A stretch of DNA of 64,000 bases from Anaeromyxobacteraceae bacterium. Its GTDB lineage: Bacteria; Myxococcota; Myxococcia; Myxococcales; Anaeromyxobacteraceae. Each line of letters starts with the position of its first letter. Position 1 is the first letter of the stretch. Shown piece after piece: positions 37,549 to 47,595 of this stretch. The notes below the pieces were generated by a model. It was given only the letters and a program-made list of their open reading frames with translations. It searched no databases and was not told where the DNA came from. The stretch is taken from the NCBI GenBank assembly GCA_047602405.1, contig JASGHJ010000002.1, positions 2,432,001-2,496,000 of the forward strand, written 5' to 3'. The translations under genes and the position numbers were made by a program.

Positions 37549-38508
37549 GTGAAGGCGGGCCTCATCTGGTACGACCGCTGCCCCGTGGTCATCCTCGCCT
37601 ACGCCGTCTGCGCGATCGTCTGGGGCACCACCTGGTACGCGATCCGCGTCTGCATCGGACCGGGCGGCTACCCGACCTTCCTCTCCGCGGCGGTGCGCTT
37701 CACGATCGCGGCGCTGATCCTCGGCGTCGCGCTCGCGCTCGGCTTCGGGAAGCCTCGCCCCGACCGGCGGGCCGTCGCCTGGATCGGGCTCGCCGGCCTC
37801 CTGAACGGCCTCGGCTACGCGCTCGTCTACCGCGCCGAGGAGGAGATCGCCGGCGGCGTCGCGGCGGTCCTCTACGGCACGATGCCCCTCATGACCGCGG
37901 CCCTCGGCGCCTGGAGCGGCACCGAGCGCCTGCGCGCGAGCACGGTCGGCGGCGCGCTCGCGGGCCTCGCCGGCATCGCGGTCATCTTCTGGGACCGGAT
38001 GGCGGTGTCGAGCGAGCAGGCCGCGGGCGTCGTGCTGGTGCTCCTCTCGGTCGTGTGCTGCGCGGCGTACACGGTCGTCCTGAAGCGGCACACCGCGCGC
38101 TCGGACCCGTTCGCGAACACCGCGGTCTTCTTCCCGGTGACCGCGGCGGTGCTCTGGGCGATCGCGGGCGCCGTCGAGCGGCAGCCGCCGCCGAGCCCGC
38201 TCCCCCTCGAGCCCACCGCCGCGCTCCTGTACCTGGCGGTGATGGGGTCGGTCGTGACCTTCGGCGCCTACTTCTACCTGATGCGGCACGTGCGGCTCTC
38301 GACCGTCGCGACGCTCGTGCTGGTCGAGCCCGTGCTGGCGCTCCTCCTGGACGCGTTCCTCGAGCACCGCGCCGCGACGCAGCCGCTCACCTACCTCGGC
38401 GCGGCGATCACGCTCTCCGGCGTGCTCGTGACAATCTTCTTCGGGGAGCGCGAGGCGGCCGCGGAGCCGGCGCCCCGGCAGGGGCCCACGAGCCGTGCGG
38501 CGGGTTGA
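37549..38508 (+). CDS. EamA/DMT transporter
   Basis: IVWGTTWYAIR, LYLAVMGSVVTF, 10 TM. Confidence 0.9.
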   Translation: MKAGLIWYDRCPVVILAYAVCAIVWGTTWYAIRVCIGPGGYPTFLSAAVRFTIAALILGVALALGFGKPRPDRRAVAWIGLAGLLNGLGYALVYRAEEEIAGGVAAVLYGTMPLMTAALGAWSGTERLRASTVGGALAGLAGIAVIFWDRMAVSSEQAAGVVLVLLSVVCCAAYTVVLKRHTARSDPFANTAVFFPVTAAVLWAIAGAVERQPPPSPLPLEPTAALLYLAVMGSVVTFGAYFYLMRHVRLSTVATLVLVEPVLALLLDAFLEHRAATQPLTYLGAAITLSGVLVTIFFGEREAAAEPAPRQGPTSRAAG

Positions 38509-38568
38509 AATGCCCGCCCCGCTCCCGCGTAGGGCCCCTCACCGCCATCCCGGCGAGGAGGTCCGCCC

Positions 38569-39558
38569 ATGCCCACCCTCCCCTCCCGCGCCGCGCCCGC
38601 CGCGCTCGCGCTCGCCGTCGCCCTGACCGGCCTCGCGCCGGCCCCCGCGGGCGCCCACGACCGGGAGCAGCGCCGCGCCGAGCGCGCGCACGCCCGGCTC
38701 GACGCGCTCCTCAAGGACCCGCCGCAGGGCCCGGACCGCTTCTACTCGGTCGGCAAGGAGCTCCTCTCCTCGGGCGACTACGGCGACGCCGCGGTCGCGT
38801 TCGAGGAGGCGGCGAAGCGCAGCCAGAAGCCGGGGAACTCGCACTACAACCGCGCCTGCGCGCTCGCGCTCGGCGGGTGGACCGACGCGGCGTTCGCCTC
38901 GCTGCGCGCCGCGCTCGACGCGGGCTACGACGACCCCGATCACATGGCCGAGGACGAGGACCTCGAGCGGCTGCACGGCGATCCGCGCTTCGCGGCCCTG
39001 CTCGCCGACGCGGAGCTGCTCGAGATGCCGCCCGTGAACCCGGGCCACCACGGCGGCGGGTGGTTCGGCTCATGGGGCCGCGGTCACGACCGCGGCGCCG
39101 TGCGGGAGTCCCGCGAGGCGGCCGAGCGCCTCCGCGCCTACCTCGCGCGCCACCCCGGATCCGGCCGGGCGGCCTACGGCCTCGGCATCGCCCAGCTCAA
39201 CCTCCGCGAGTACGAGGCCTCCGCGCGCGCCTTCGAGGCCGCGCTCTCGCTCGGCTACCGGCCCGCGGCGACGCTCTACAACCTCGCCTGCGTCGAGGCC
39301 CGCCGGGGGCGGCCCGAGCCCGCCCTGGCGTACCTCGACCGCGCGATCGAGGCCGGGTTCCACGAGCCCTGGCAGCTCAGGACCGACGACGACCTCGACG
39401 CCCTCCGGGGCGACGCACGCTTCCGCGCGGCCGTCGCGAAGGCGAAGGCGCTCGCGAAGGCCGACGATCACGGCCGGCACGGCGGCCTGAACTGGACGTG
39501 GGGTTCGGGCTTCACGTGGGACGACGACGAGGACGACGAGGACGTCGAGGAGGACTGA
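38569..39558 (+). CDS. Secreted TPR-repeat protein
   Basis: Signal peptide; duplicated YN(R/L)AC...A..AG(Y/F)...D.DL..L.GD.RF modules; acidic tail. Confidence 0.8.
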   Translation: MPTLPSRAAPAALALAVALTGLAPAPAGAHDREQRRAERAHARLDALLKDPPQGPDRFYSVGKELLSSGDYGDAAVAFEEAAKRSQKPGNSHYNRACALALGGWTDAAFASLRAALDAGYDDPDHMAEDEDLERLHGDPRFAALLADAELLEMPPVNPGHHGGGWFGSWGRGHDRGAVRESREAAERLRAYLARHPGSGRAAYGLGIAQLNLREYEASARAFEAALSLGYRPAATLYNLACVEARRGRPEPALAYLDRAIEAGFHEPWQLRTDDDLDALRGDARFRAAVAKAKALAKADDHGRHGGLNWTWGSGFTWDDDEDDEDVEED

Positions 39559-39588
39559 CGGGCCGCCGCGGCCGCCTATACTCCGGTC

Positions 39589-40666
39589 GTGCCCCGCCTC
39601 GCGCCCGACGACCTCGACCGCTACCGCGCCGCCTGCACCCGCTTCCTCGGCGGCCATGGCCTGCGCTCGGCGGGCGCGCAGCTCGCCGCCCTCCCCGCCG
39701 AAACCGCGACCGATACCTACGGCGCGGGGGGCGTCGTGGCCGCGCTCGAGGCGGAGGTCGCGCGCCTGCTCGGGAAGCCCGCCGCGGTCTTCATGCCGAG
39801 CGGCACGATGGCGCAGCAGAATCGCGCTCCGCGTCCACTGCGACCGCCGCGGCTCCCGCGCCGTGGCCTGGCACCCGACCTGCCACCTCGAGCTCCACGA
39901 GGAGCGGGGCTTCGAGCGGCTCCACGCGCTCGAGGCCGTGAAGGTCGGCGATCCCCGCAAGCTCTTCACGCTCGCGGACCTGCGGCGCGTGGAGGCGCCG
40001 CTCGCCGCGGTGCTCTTCGAGCTCCCGCAGCGCGAGCTCGGCGGCGTCCTGCCGGCCTGGAGGGACCTCCGCGCCCAGGTCGCGTACGTGCGCCGGCGTG
40101 GGGCGGCCGTCCACCTCGACGGCGCGCGGCTCTGGGAGTCGACGCCGTTCTACCGGCGGACCCCGGCGGAGGTCGCCGCCCTCTTCGACACGGTCTACGT
40201 GTCCTTCTACAAGGGCCTCGGCGCGGTGGCGGGCGCGTGCCTCGCGGGCCCGAGGGACCTGATGGTGGAGGCGCGCGCCTGGCGGAAGCGCCACGGCGGC
40301 ACGCTGTACGGGATGTGGCCCTACGCGGCGCTCGCGCTCGAGGGCCTGCGGCTCCGGCTGCCGCGGATGCCCGCGTACCGCGCGCACGCGCGGGCGATCG
40401 CGAGGGCGCTGCGGGCGGTGCCGGGCGTCACGGTGCTGCCCGACCCGCCGCACACGAACATGATGCGGATGCTCCTCCCGGTGACCGAGCGGCGCCTGCG
40501 AAGGAACGCGTGCCGGCTCGCGCGCGAGCGAGGCGTGTACACGCTGCGCTGGAGCGGGCCCGGGGCCACGCGCGCCACGCGGCTGGTGGAGCTGAGCGTG
40601 GGGGACGCGACGCTCGGGTTCGAGCCCGGGGAGGTGGCGGAGCTCGTGCGGGAGCTCGTGAGGTAG
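39589..40666 (+). CDS. Low-specificity L-threonine aldolase family PLP enzyme; apparent frameshift at ~39820
   Basis: FMPSGTMAQQ|IALR, ELPQRELGG, HLDGARLWE, YVSFYKGLG. Confidence 0.88.
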
Positions 40667-40685
40667 GCCTTGCCCGGGCCGGCCC

Positions 40686-41855
40686 TCACGCCGCCCGGGC
40701 GAGGTGCGGGAGCGCCCGGGCCACCATCGCGTCGGACGCCGTGAGGCTGATCCGGAAGTACCCCGGCGCCTTCATGAGGGCCCCCGGCATGACGAAGACG
40801 CCCCGCTCGGCGAGCGCCTCCCACTGCCGCACGGGGTCGCCCGCCCACCGGCCCCACAGGTAGAAGGTGCCCTCGGGCGGCAGGACGGAGTGTCCGGCCC
40901 GCGTCAGCGCCTCCATCAGCGCGTCGCGCCGGCGCGCGAGCGCGGCCACGTCGATCGACAGGCGCTCGAGGTGCGGCACGGCGTACTGCATGATCGCGTT
41001 CGGGAAGGACCAGCCGAGCGCCATCTGCGTCGCGAGCACGGCGCCGCGCAGCGCCTCGCGGTCCGCCTCGGGCATGAGCGGCGAGATGGCGAGGTAGCCG
41101 AGCCGCTGCCCCGGCGCGAGCAGCACCTTGCCGTAGCTGTACGTCACCACCGTCCAGGGATAGACGGCCGCGGGGCTCGTGAACGCACGGCCGTCGAAGC
41201 GGATCCGCCGGTACGGCTCGTCGGACAGGAGGAAGACGCGGTGGCCCACCCGGCGCGAAGCCCGCTCGAGGACCTCCGCGAGCGCCGCGAGCTCGCCCCG
41301 CCCGTAGATCCGGCCGGTCGGGTTGTGCGGCGTGTTCACGATGACGAGGCGGGTCCTCGGGCCGATCGCGCCGTCGATGGCCTCGAGATCGAGGTCGAAG
41401 CGCGGGGGCCGGAGCGCGACCGCCCGCGGCACCGCGTCCGCGGCGAGGAGCATGGGCTCGTAGCAGAACCAGCCGGGCTCGCCGAACACGGCCTCGTCTC
41501 CGGCGTCGAGCAGGAGGCGCAGGGCGACCGAGATGGCGCCGAATCCCCCGGCGGTGAGCGCGAGATCGGGCGGCTCGAGCGGCAGGTCCAGCTCCCGGCC
41601 GACCGCCTCGGCCAGGAACTTCTGCGGGACCTCCTCGCTCGTCTTGTAGGCGAACCAGTGCTCGTCGAGGGGGCGCGCCGCCTCCCGGAGCGCCGTGACG
41701 AGCCCGTCGAGCGGCATCTCGTGTGGGTTGCCGAACGTGAAGTCGGCGATCTCGGGATCTCCCCGCCGCTCGCCGTAGCGCGAGTCGAAGAGGAAGCGCT
41801 TGACGTCCTCGAAGCCCCGATCCGCCGCCGCCGCCCTGCGCGAGACGATCGCCAT
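40686..41855 (-). CDS. Class I/II PLP aminotransferase
   Basis: VNTPHNPTG, SDEPY, SYGKVLLAPGQRLGY, PEGTFY. Confidence 0.92.
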   Translation of the reverse strand: MAIVSRRAAAADRGFEDVKRFLFDSRYGERRGDPEIADFTFGNPHEMPLDGLVTALREAARPLDEHWFAYKTSEEVPQKFLAEAVGRELDLPLEPPDLALTAGGFGAISVALRLLLDAGDEAVFGEPGWFCYEPMLLAADAVPRAVALRPPRFDLDLEAIDGAIGPRTRLVIVNTPHNPTGRIYGRGELAALAEVLERASRRVGHRVFLLSDEPYRRIRFDGRAFTSPAAVYPWTVVTYSYGKVLLAPGQRLGYLAISPLMPEADREALRGAVLATQMALGWSFPNAIMQYAVPHLERLSIDVAALARRRDALMEALTRAGHSVLPPEGTFYLWGRWAGDPVRQWEALAERGVFVMPGALMKAPGYFRISLTASDAMVARALPHLARAA

Positions 41856-41866
41856 GGCTGCCCCCG

Positions 41867-42913
41867 TCAGGCCGTCGGCGCCGCGCCCGCCACGGACCGC
41901 GCGATGGCCTGCTCCTCCTCGGTCATCTCCGCCGGCACGTCCGCGAAGAGCGGCGTGGAGAGGTAGCGCTCCCCGGTGTCCGGCAGCATGCAGAGGACGT
42001 TGGCGCCCGGCGCGGACTGGCGCGCGACCTCGAGCGCGCCGGCGAAGGTGCCGCCCGAGGTGATGCCGACGAAGAGCCCCTCCCGCACGGCGAGCTCCTT
42101 CGCGCAGCGGAGCGCGTCCGGCCCCGGGATGGCGAGGACGCGATCGATGAGCTTCAGCTCGACCGCGTCGCCCGTCAGCTTGGGGATGAAGTCCGGCGTC
42201 CACCCCTGCATCGGGTGCGGCTTGAAGCTCGGGTGCGGCGCGGACGGGGTGCCGTCGGGCCGGCGCGCCTGGGCCGCGCCGCTGCCGAGGAGCGGCGCGT
42301 CGGCGGGCTCGCAGACGACGATCTTCGTCTCGGGCCGCTCCTTGCGGAGGACCCGGCCCACGCCCTTGAGCGTCCCGCCGGTCCCGTAGCCCGTCACCCA
42401 GGCGTCGAGGCGGATCCCGGCGAAGTCCGCCAGGATCTCCTGCGCCGTGGTGCGCGAGTGGTAGTCCGCGTTCGCCTCGTTCTCGAACTGCCGCGGCATG
42501 AACCAGCCGTTCGCGGCCGCGAGCGCCTCCATCTTCCGGATCATCCCGACCGCCCGCTCCGCCGCCGGGGTGAGCACGACCTTGGCCCCCAGGAACCGCA
42601 TCAGCCGGCGCCGCTCGACGCTGAAGGACTCGGCCATGACGATGACGAGGGGGTAGCCCTTGGCCGCGCAGACCATGGCGAGGCCGATGCCGGTGTTGCC
42701 GCTCGTCGCCTCGATGACGGTCTGGCCCGGCTTCAGCGCGCCCGAGCGCTCCGCGGCCTCGATGACGGCGAGCGCCAGGCGGTCCTTCACCGAGCCGAGC
42801 GGGTTGAAGGACTCGACCTTGACGAAGAGGTTCACGCCGGGTGGAGCGAGGCGGTTGATCCTGACCACGGGCGTCTTGCCGATCGTCTCGAGGATGCTCG
42901 CGTGACGTGCCAT
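41867..42913 (-). CDS. cysK: Cysteine synthase
   Basis: KVESFNPLGSVKDR, EATSGNTGIGLA, GTGGT, LPDTGERYLST. Confidence 0.93.
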   Translation of the reverse strand: MARHASILETIGKTPVVRINRLAPPGVNLFVKVESFNPLGSVKDRLALAVIEAAERSGALKPGQTVIEATSGNTGIGLAMVCAAKGYPLVIVMAESFSVERRRLMRFLGAKVVLTPAAERAVGMIRKMEALAAANGWFMPRQFENEANADYHSRTTAQEILADFAGIRLDAWVTGYGTGGTLKGVGRVLRKERPETKIVVCEPADAPLLGSGAAQARRPDGTPSAPHPSFKPHPMQGWTPDFIPKLTGDAVELKLIDRVLAIPGPDALRCAKELAVREGLFVGITSGGTFAGALEVARQSAPGANVLCMLPDTGERYLSTPLFADVPAEMTEEEQAIARSVAGAAPTA

Positions 42914-43148
42914 GCCGCACCTCCTGGGCCGCGGCGAGGTCGCCGCGTGGGGCGGCTTCTGTAACGGACGCGGGCCGGGCGGCCAGTCCCCGTGCGGCGT
43001 CAGGTGGGGGGCACCCAACGGCGGCCCCGGCCGCGCCTTTCGGGTCGCCGCCGGGGTCGCGTTCCTCGCCGCGGGGCGCCGCTTCGAGGGCACGCGATCG
43101 GGCGGGCGGTCCTCGGGTGGAGCGTCCTCCCGCTTCCGGCCGGAGGGC

Positions 43149-43298
43149 TCACCCGCCGAACAGGTTCCGCACGAGCGCCTTGCGGCCGCCGGTGAGCTTC
43201 ATGCGCTCGTAGCGGCGGCGCTCGAGCACGTTCCAGGTCGCGACGCCGAGGGCGACCGTGGCGGCGAGTGCGGCGGGGATGGCGAGCTCGATGGGCAT
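43149..43298 (-). CDS. Small single-TM protein (49 aa), paralog of 15830..15973
   Basis: MPIELAIPAALAATVALGVATWNVLERRRYERMKLTGGRKALVRNLFGG; below ORF-track cut-off; GC3-biased codons. Confidence 0.7.
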   Translation of the reverse strand: MPIELAIPAALAATVALGVATWNVLERRRYERMKLTGGRKALVRNLFGG

Positions 43299-43311
43299 CG
43301 GTAGAAACGGC

Positions 43312-43341
43312 GACGCCCTCGGACGTGAGCCCGAGGGCGTC
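43312..43341 (-). terminator. Stem-loop just 3' of tRNA-Met; probable intrinsic terminator
   Basis: gacgccctcgg-acgtgagc-ccgagggcgtc, 11-bp stem followed by gccgtttcta on the minus strand (weak U tract). Confidence 0.65.
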
Positions 43342-43345
43342 TGGT

Positions 43346-43422
<77 letters not shown>

Positions 43423-43572
43423 ATAAAGGTGGCCTCGGGAAGCGCCGAAGCGGAGCGCGGTTCTACTGGTAACCCCCGGGGTGGTCAAGGGGAAAAGCAG
43501 CGGGCTCCCGGCGCAGGCGAGCGCGCCGGTTCTGGGCTACAACATCGTATTCCGACACGAGGTTCCGACGAC

Positions 43573-43866
43573 ATGAAGACCCTCCTCGCAGCCGCCCTGC
43601 TCGTCCTCCCCCTCGCCGCCCTCGCGGGCGACGACAAGCCCGCGGCCCCCGAGAAGCCGGCCCCGGCGGCGCCGGCGAAGCCGGCCGAGGGCGCGTCGGC
43701 GCCCGTGAAGCCGGCGGGCGCGAAGGACGCCCGGGCGAAGCCCGCAGAGGCGAAGCAGGCGAAGCCCGCGGAGGCGAAGCAGACCGCCGACAAGAAGCCC
43801 GCGCCACCGCCGGCCAGGAAGGACGAGAAGCCCTGCGAGCCGGTGAAGCCTTGCTCGATCGACTAA
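43573..43866 (+). CDS. Small secreted Ala/Pro/Lys-rich protein with C-terminal CEPVKPC
   Basis: Signal peptide MKTLLAAALLVLPLAALA; KPAEAKQ repeats; stop codon formed at the IS junction. Confidence 0.75.
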   Translation: MKTLLAAALLVLPLAALAGDDKPAAPEKPAPAAPAKPAEGASAPVKPAGAKDARAKPAEAKQAKPAEAKQTADKKPAPPPARKDEKPCEPVKPCSID

Positions 43867-44933
43867 ACGACCAATCGCGATCCGGAAACACCGGCCGCGA
43901 GCTTGAGTGAAGGGTTGAGCTTCTTCCGCTGGTTGTAGGCGCGCAGGAAGGCGATGACTTGGACCATCAGTTCCTCGATCGTCTTGCAGCGGTGATTGCG
44001 CGTCACGTTGGCGTGCAGGTCGAGCCACACGCGCTCAATGCGGTTGTCGTCGGGGCAGTACGGGGGCAGGAAGTGCAGCACGACGCGGTCGCCGAACTGG
44101 GCGAGGAAGCGCTTCGTCTTCTTGCTCGAGTGGATGATGTAGTTGTCGAGGATGAGGTGGATGCGCCGCGCGGCGCGGTACTCGCCAAGGAGCTTCCACA
44201 CGAGCTTGTGGAAGAGCTCGCTCGCCTTGGTCGGCGCCTCCACCCAGGTCATCCTGCGGGTCGTGGCGTTGAGCGCACCGGCGACGAACCGCTTCCTGTT
44301 CTGGCCGGGCGTGAGCACGTAGCGCCGGAGCCCTCTCGGCATCCAGTCGCGACCGATCTTCGGGTTGAGATGGACGTCCATCTCGTCCTCGTAGAAGACC
44401 GGCTCCTCCGGCGTGGCGTTCTTGGCGACGCGACGCAACCTCGCCAGCACGCGCTTCCTGCGACCTGTTTCCCAGGGGCAGGCGACCGTCGGCTTCGGCA
44501 TCCTGAGCCGCGCCCCGATCGCGGAGAGCGCCCGGCCCATCGTGCACGGAGCCACTCGCGGGAGCTGGCGCCGCTCCAACTCGCAGCCGAGCAGCTCGCG
44601 GGTCCAGGTCGTGCGCTGCCAGCCGAACTCGGTCGGGACCGAGTGCAGAACCCGCTCGAGCTCTTCCTTGAACCGGAGGTCCACCTTGCGGACGCCGTTG
44701 AAGGCGCGCTGGTCGAGCAGGCCCTCCTCCCCAGCGTCGGCGAACCGCTGCGCCGCCTTCACCACGGTGGACGGGACGCAGGCGAGGTCGCGGGCGACCT
44801 GCTGTCGAGAGAGTCCTTGTCCGAGCTTGGCGATCATGAGGAAGCGGAGGGCGGTGTGCGGGTCCTTGGTCTTCTTGGCGCGGCGGATCAGTCTGCGTCG
44901 CACGGCACGATCGAGCCGCGGTATGTTGTGCAC
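43863..44933 (-). CDS. IS630 DDE transposase
   Basis: HTH N-terminus, WTRELL, FYEDEMD, LILDNYIIH, LPPYCPDDNRIERVW. Confidence 0.95.
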   Translation of the reverse strand: MHNIPRLDRAVRRRLIRRAKKTKDPHTALRFLMIAKLGQGLSRQQVARDLACVPSTVVKAAQRFADAGEEGLLDQRAFNGVRKVDLRFKEELERVLHSVPTEFGWQRTTWTRELLGCELERRQLPRVAPCTMGRALSAIGARLRMPKPTVACPWETGRRKRVLARLRRVAKNATPEEPVFYEDEMDVHLNPKIGRDWMPRGLRRYVLTPGQNRKRFVAGALNATTRRMTWVEAPTKASELFHKLVWKLLGEYRAARRIHLILDNYIIHSSKKTKRFLAQFGDRVVLHFLPPYCPDDNRIERVWLDLHANVTRNHRCKTIEELMVQVIAFLRAYNQRKKLNPSLKLAAGVSGSRLVV

Positions 44934-45061
44934 GGGAAGGTCTCCTCCGAGTTCGCTGCTGGTCTCGCAACCGCAACGATCGATGGGTTGACCTTCCCTT
45001 TCAACTTTCTCCCTGCGGTCCGCGGCCTTGCCGCTGATCGCGAATCACGAACGGTCGTTTA
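43864..45061 (-). mobile_element. IS630-family insertion sequence (coordinates include the TA duplication)
   Basis: Imperfect terminal IRs TAAACGACCAATCGCGATCCG / TAAACGACCGTTCGTGATTCG (17/21); empty site CTAG; visibly lower GC. Confidence 0.93.
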
Positions 45062-45082
45062 GCCCGGAGCCGCCGCCCGAAC

Positions 45083-46237
45083 ATGCCCCGCCGCGACACC
45101 GCCGCCCCGCCCAGCCCGCCCACCCCGCCCTCTCCCCGCCGCCTGTTCGCGGCGGCGCTCGCGCTGTCGCTCGGCGGCCTCGTCGTCGCCGGCATGCTCG
45201 TGCGCGTGCACGTCAACGCACACGCGGGCCTCACGAGCTTCTGCGACCTCGGCGAGCACTTCAGCTGCGACACCGTGGCGCTGTCGCCCTACTCCATCGT
45301 GCTCGGGCTGCCGATCGCGGTGTGGGGCGTCATCGGCTACCTCGCGTTCACCGCGCTCTCGGTGATGGGGCTCCTCTCGAGGAAGCCGCACCCGACCTGG
45401 CCGGCCGGGCTCCTCTTCCTCCTCTCCGCCGTGTCGCTCGCGGGCGCGCTCGTGCTCGCCTACGTCTCCGAGTTCGTCATCCGGAGCTTCTGCATCATGT
45501 GCGCGGCCTCCTGGACCCTCACCCTCGCGCTGCTCGTCGTCTCGGTGCTCGCGTGCCGCGGCGCCGGCCTCGCGGGCGCCGTCGCGAGCGACCTCGGCGT
45601 GCTCCGCGCGCGGCCGGCCTTCGCGGTCGGCGGCGTGGTGGCGCTGCTCGCGCTCGCGGGCGTCGCCCGCGCCGCCTATCCCCGCTACTGGGAGAAGCCG
45701 CCGAGGCCGGCCACCGCCGTCCGCCCCGCGCTGACGCCGGTCGTCGCCCCGGGGCAGAGGCCGCCCGCGCCCGGGGCGGAGACCGTCGTCGTCGAGTACA
45801 GCGACTTCGAGTGCCCGTTCTGCGCCGTCGCGCACGAGCAGATGAAGGGCGTCATGGCGCTGAAGCCCGGCCTGCGGGTCGTGCAGCGGCACTTCCCGCT
45901 CTCGTCGGAGTGCAACCCGGCGCTCAACCGCGTGATGCACGAGAAGGCCTGCGAGTACGCGCGGGCCGCCATCTGCGCCGAGTCGATGGGCAAGGGCGAC
46001 GAGATGGAGGACGCGCTCTTCGGGCTGCAGAAGCAGAAGGAGCCGCTCGAGGCGGTCGTGAAGCGGCTCGGGCTCGACCCGGCGCGGTTCGACGCGTGCC
46101 TCGCCTCGCCGCAGACGAAGGACCGGCTCGCGAGCGACGTCGCGGAGGGGCAGCGCGTCGGGATCCGGGCCACGCCGACCTTCTTCTTCAACGGGAAGGC
46201 GTACCCGGGGAAGATCCCGGACGAGCTGCTGCAGTAG
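45083..46237 (+). CDS. VKOR - DsbA/thioredoxin fusion
   Basis: SFCD....SCDTV..SPYS and FCIMC VKOR motifs; EYSDFECPFC, RHFPL, GIRATPTF DsbA motifs. Confidence 0.93.
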   Translation: MPRRDTAAPPSPPTPPSPRRLFAAALALSLGGLVVAGMLVRVHVNAHAGLTSFCDLGEHFSCDTVALSPYSIVLGLPIAVWGVIGYLAFTALSVMGLLSRKPHPTWPAGLLFLLSAVSLAGALVLAYVSEFVIRSFCIMCAASWTLTLALLVVSVLACRGAGLAGAVASDLGVLRARPAFAVGGVVALLALAGVARAAYPRYWEKPPRPATAVRPALTPVVAPGQRPPAPGAETVVVEYSDFECPFCAVAHEQMKGVMALKPGLRVVQRHFPLSSECNPALNRVMHEKACEYARAAICAESMGKGDEMEDALFGLQKQKEPLEAVVKRLGLDPARFDACLASPQTKDRLASDVAEGQRVGIRATPTFFFNGKAYPGKIPDELLQ

Positions 46238-46243
46238 GCGCAG

Positions 46244-47582
46244 GTGACCGTCACCGCCGTCGTCCTCCTGCCGTTCCCGGCGCTCCTCGCCTGGCTGGCC
46301 TGGCGGCTGGTGCGCGGGCTCGAGCCCCACGAGCGGGCGGTGGTGCTCGCGGGCGCGGCGCTCGCGGCGGCCTCGGCGCTCCTCTCCCCGTCGCTCCCGC
46401 AGAACGACGCCTGGACGCACTACCTCCACCTGCGCGAGGGGCTCCTCGATCCGTCGGAGCTCCTCGAATCCCTGGGACCGGCCGGGCTTCACGCTCCTGT
46501 ACGCCTCGGCCTCCACCTTCGGCATCCACGCGGCGCGGCTCGTCTCGGTCGTGCTCGCCGCGATCGCGGCGGCCGGGACCCTCCGCGCGGCGCGCGGGCT
46601 CGGGCTGCCGCACGCGTGGCTCGCGGCGCCGTTCCTGCTCGTGCAGCACGACGTCTTCGGACAGGCGGGCTCCACGATGACCGAGCTGCCGTTCGCGGCG
46701 GCGTTCGCGGTGGCGGTCGTGGGCGTCGTCGAGCGGCGGCCGTGGGTGGCCGCGGCGGCGCTCTTCTGGTGCGGGCTCACGCGGCCGGAGGGGCCCGTGT
46801 ACGCCGCGCTCGGGGCGGCGTGGCTCCTGGTCGCGGAGCGGCGGCTCCTCCCGGCCGCGGTGGCGGTGCTCGGGTTCCCGCTGCACGCGGGCGTGGGCGC
46901 GGCGCTGCACGGGGACCTCCTCTGGATCGTGCACGCCAACCCGTACCGCGGCATGCTCGGCCACCGCTTCGAGGTCTCGCAGCTGTGGGAGAGCTGGTTC
47001 TTCGAGGCGATGCGGCTCGGGCAGCCGCCGGCGCTCCGGGCGCTCGAGGTCGCGGGCATGGTGGCGGGCCTCCGTGAGCTCGTCCGGACCCGGACCTCCC
47101 GCGTCGCCTTCCTGATCGTCCCGGTCGTCGCCGCCTACCTCCTCCTCACCTTCCTGCGCATCGGGCTCAACGACGCCTGGCGCGAGAGCCGGTACCTCGT
47201 CGCCATCGCGCCCGCGCTCGCGCTCCTCGCGCTCGCCGGGCTCGACGCGCTGCTCGCGGTCGCGCCCCGCCCCGTCTCGGCGGCGTTCCTGTACGTCGCG
47301 GGCTGGTCGGCGGTCTGGGAGATCGCGTGGCACTGGCGGCCGCTCGGGGCGGCGGCGCCGCCGGACGTGGCGCCGCTCGCCTACGCCGTCGCGATCGCGG
47401 GGGCGCTCGCCGGGCTCCTCACACCGCGGGTCCCTGTCCGGGCCGCCCTCGGGCTGCTCATGGCCCTGCCGGTCGCGCTCGCCCCGCCGGGTGCCTGGGC
47501 GAAGCACCGGCCGGGGCAGGTGCCCGACCACTTCGACCCGGGCGGCGCGGCGCCGCTCACCTCGCCGGCGCTCGGGCGCTGA
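46244..47582 (+). CDS. Multi-pass membrane protein, GT-C glycosyltransferase-like; apparent frameshift at ~46468
   Basis: NDAWTHY...L(D)PWDRPGFTLLY after correction; MTELPF, LTRPEG, RYLVAIAP. Confidence 0.7.
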
Positions 47583-47595
47583 TACACTGTCCGGC

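Noticed and set aside
42914..43148. SAM riboswitch upstream of cysK (minus strand contains gggactggcc)
   Set aside because: The other SAM-I core elements (ATC..GAG, GCAACC, GTGC) are not in the required arrangement; an Rfam scan would settle it.
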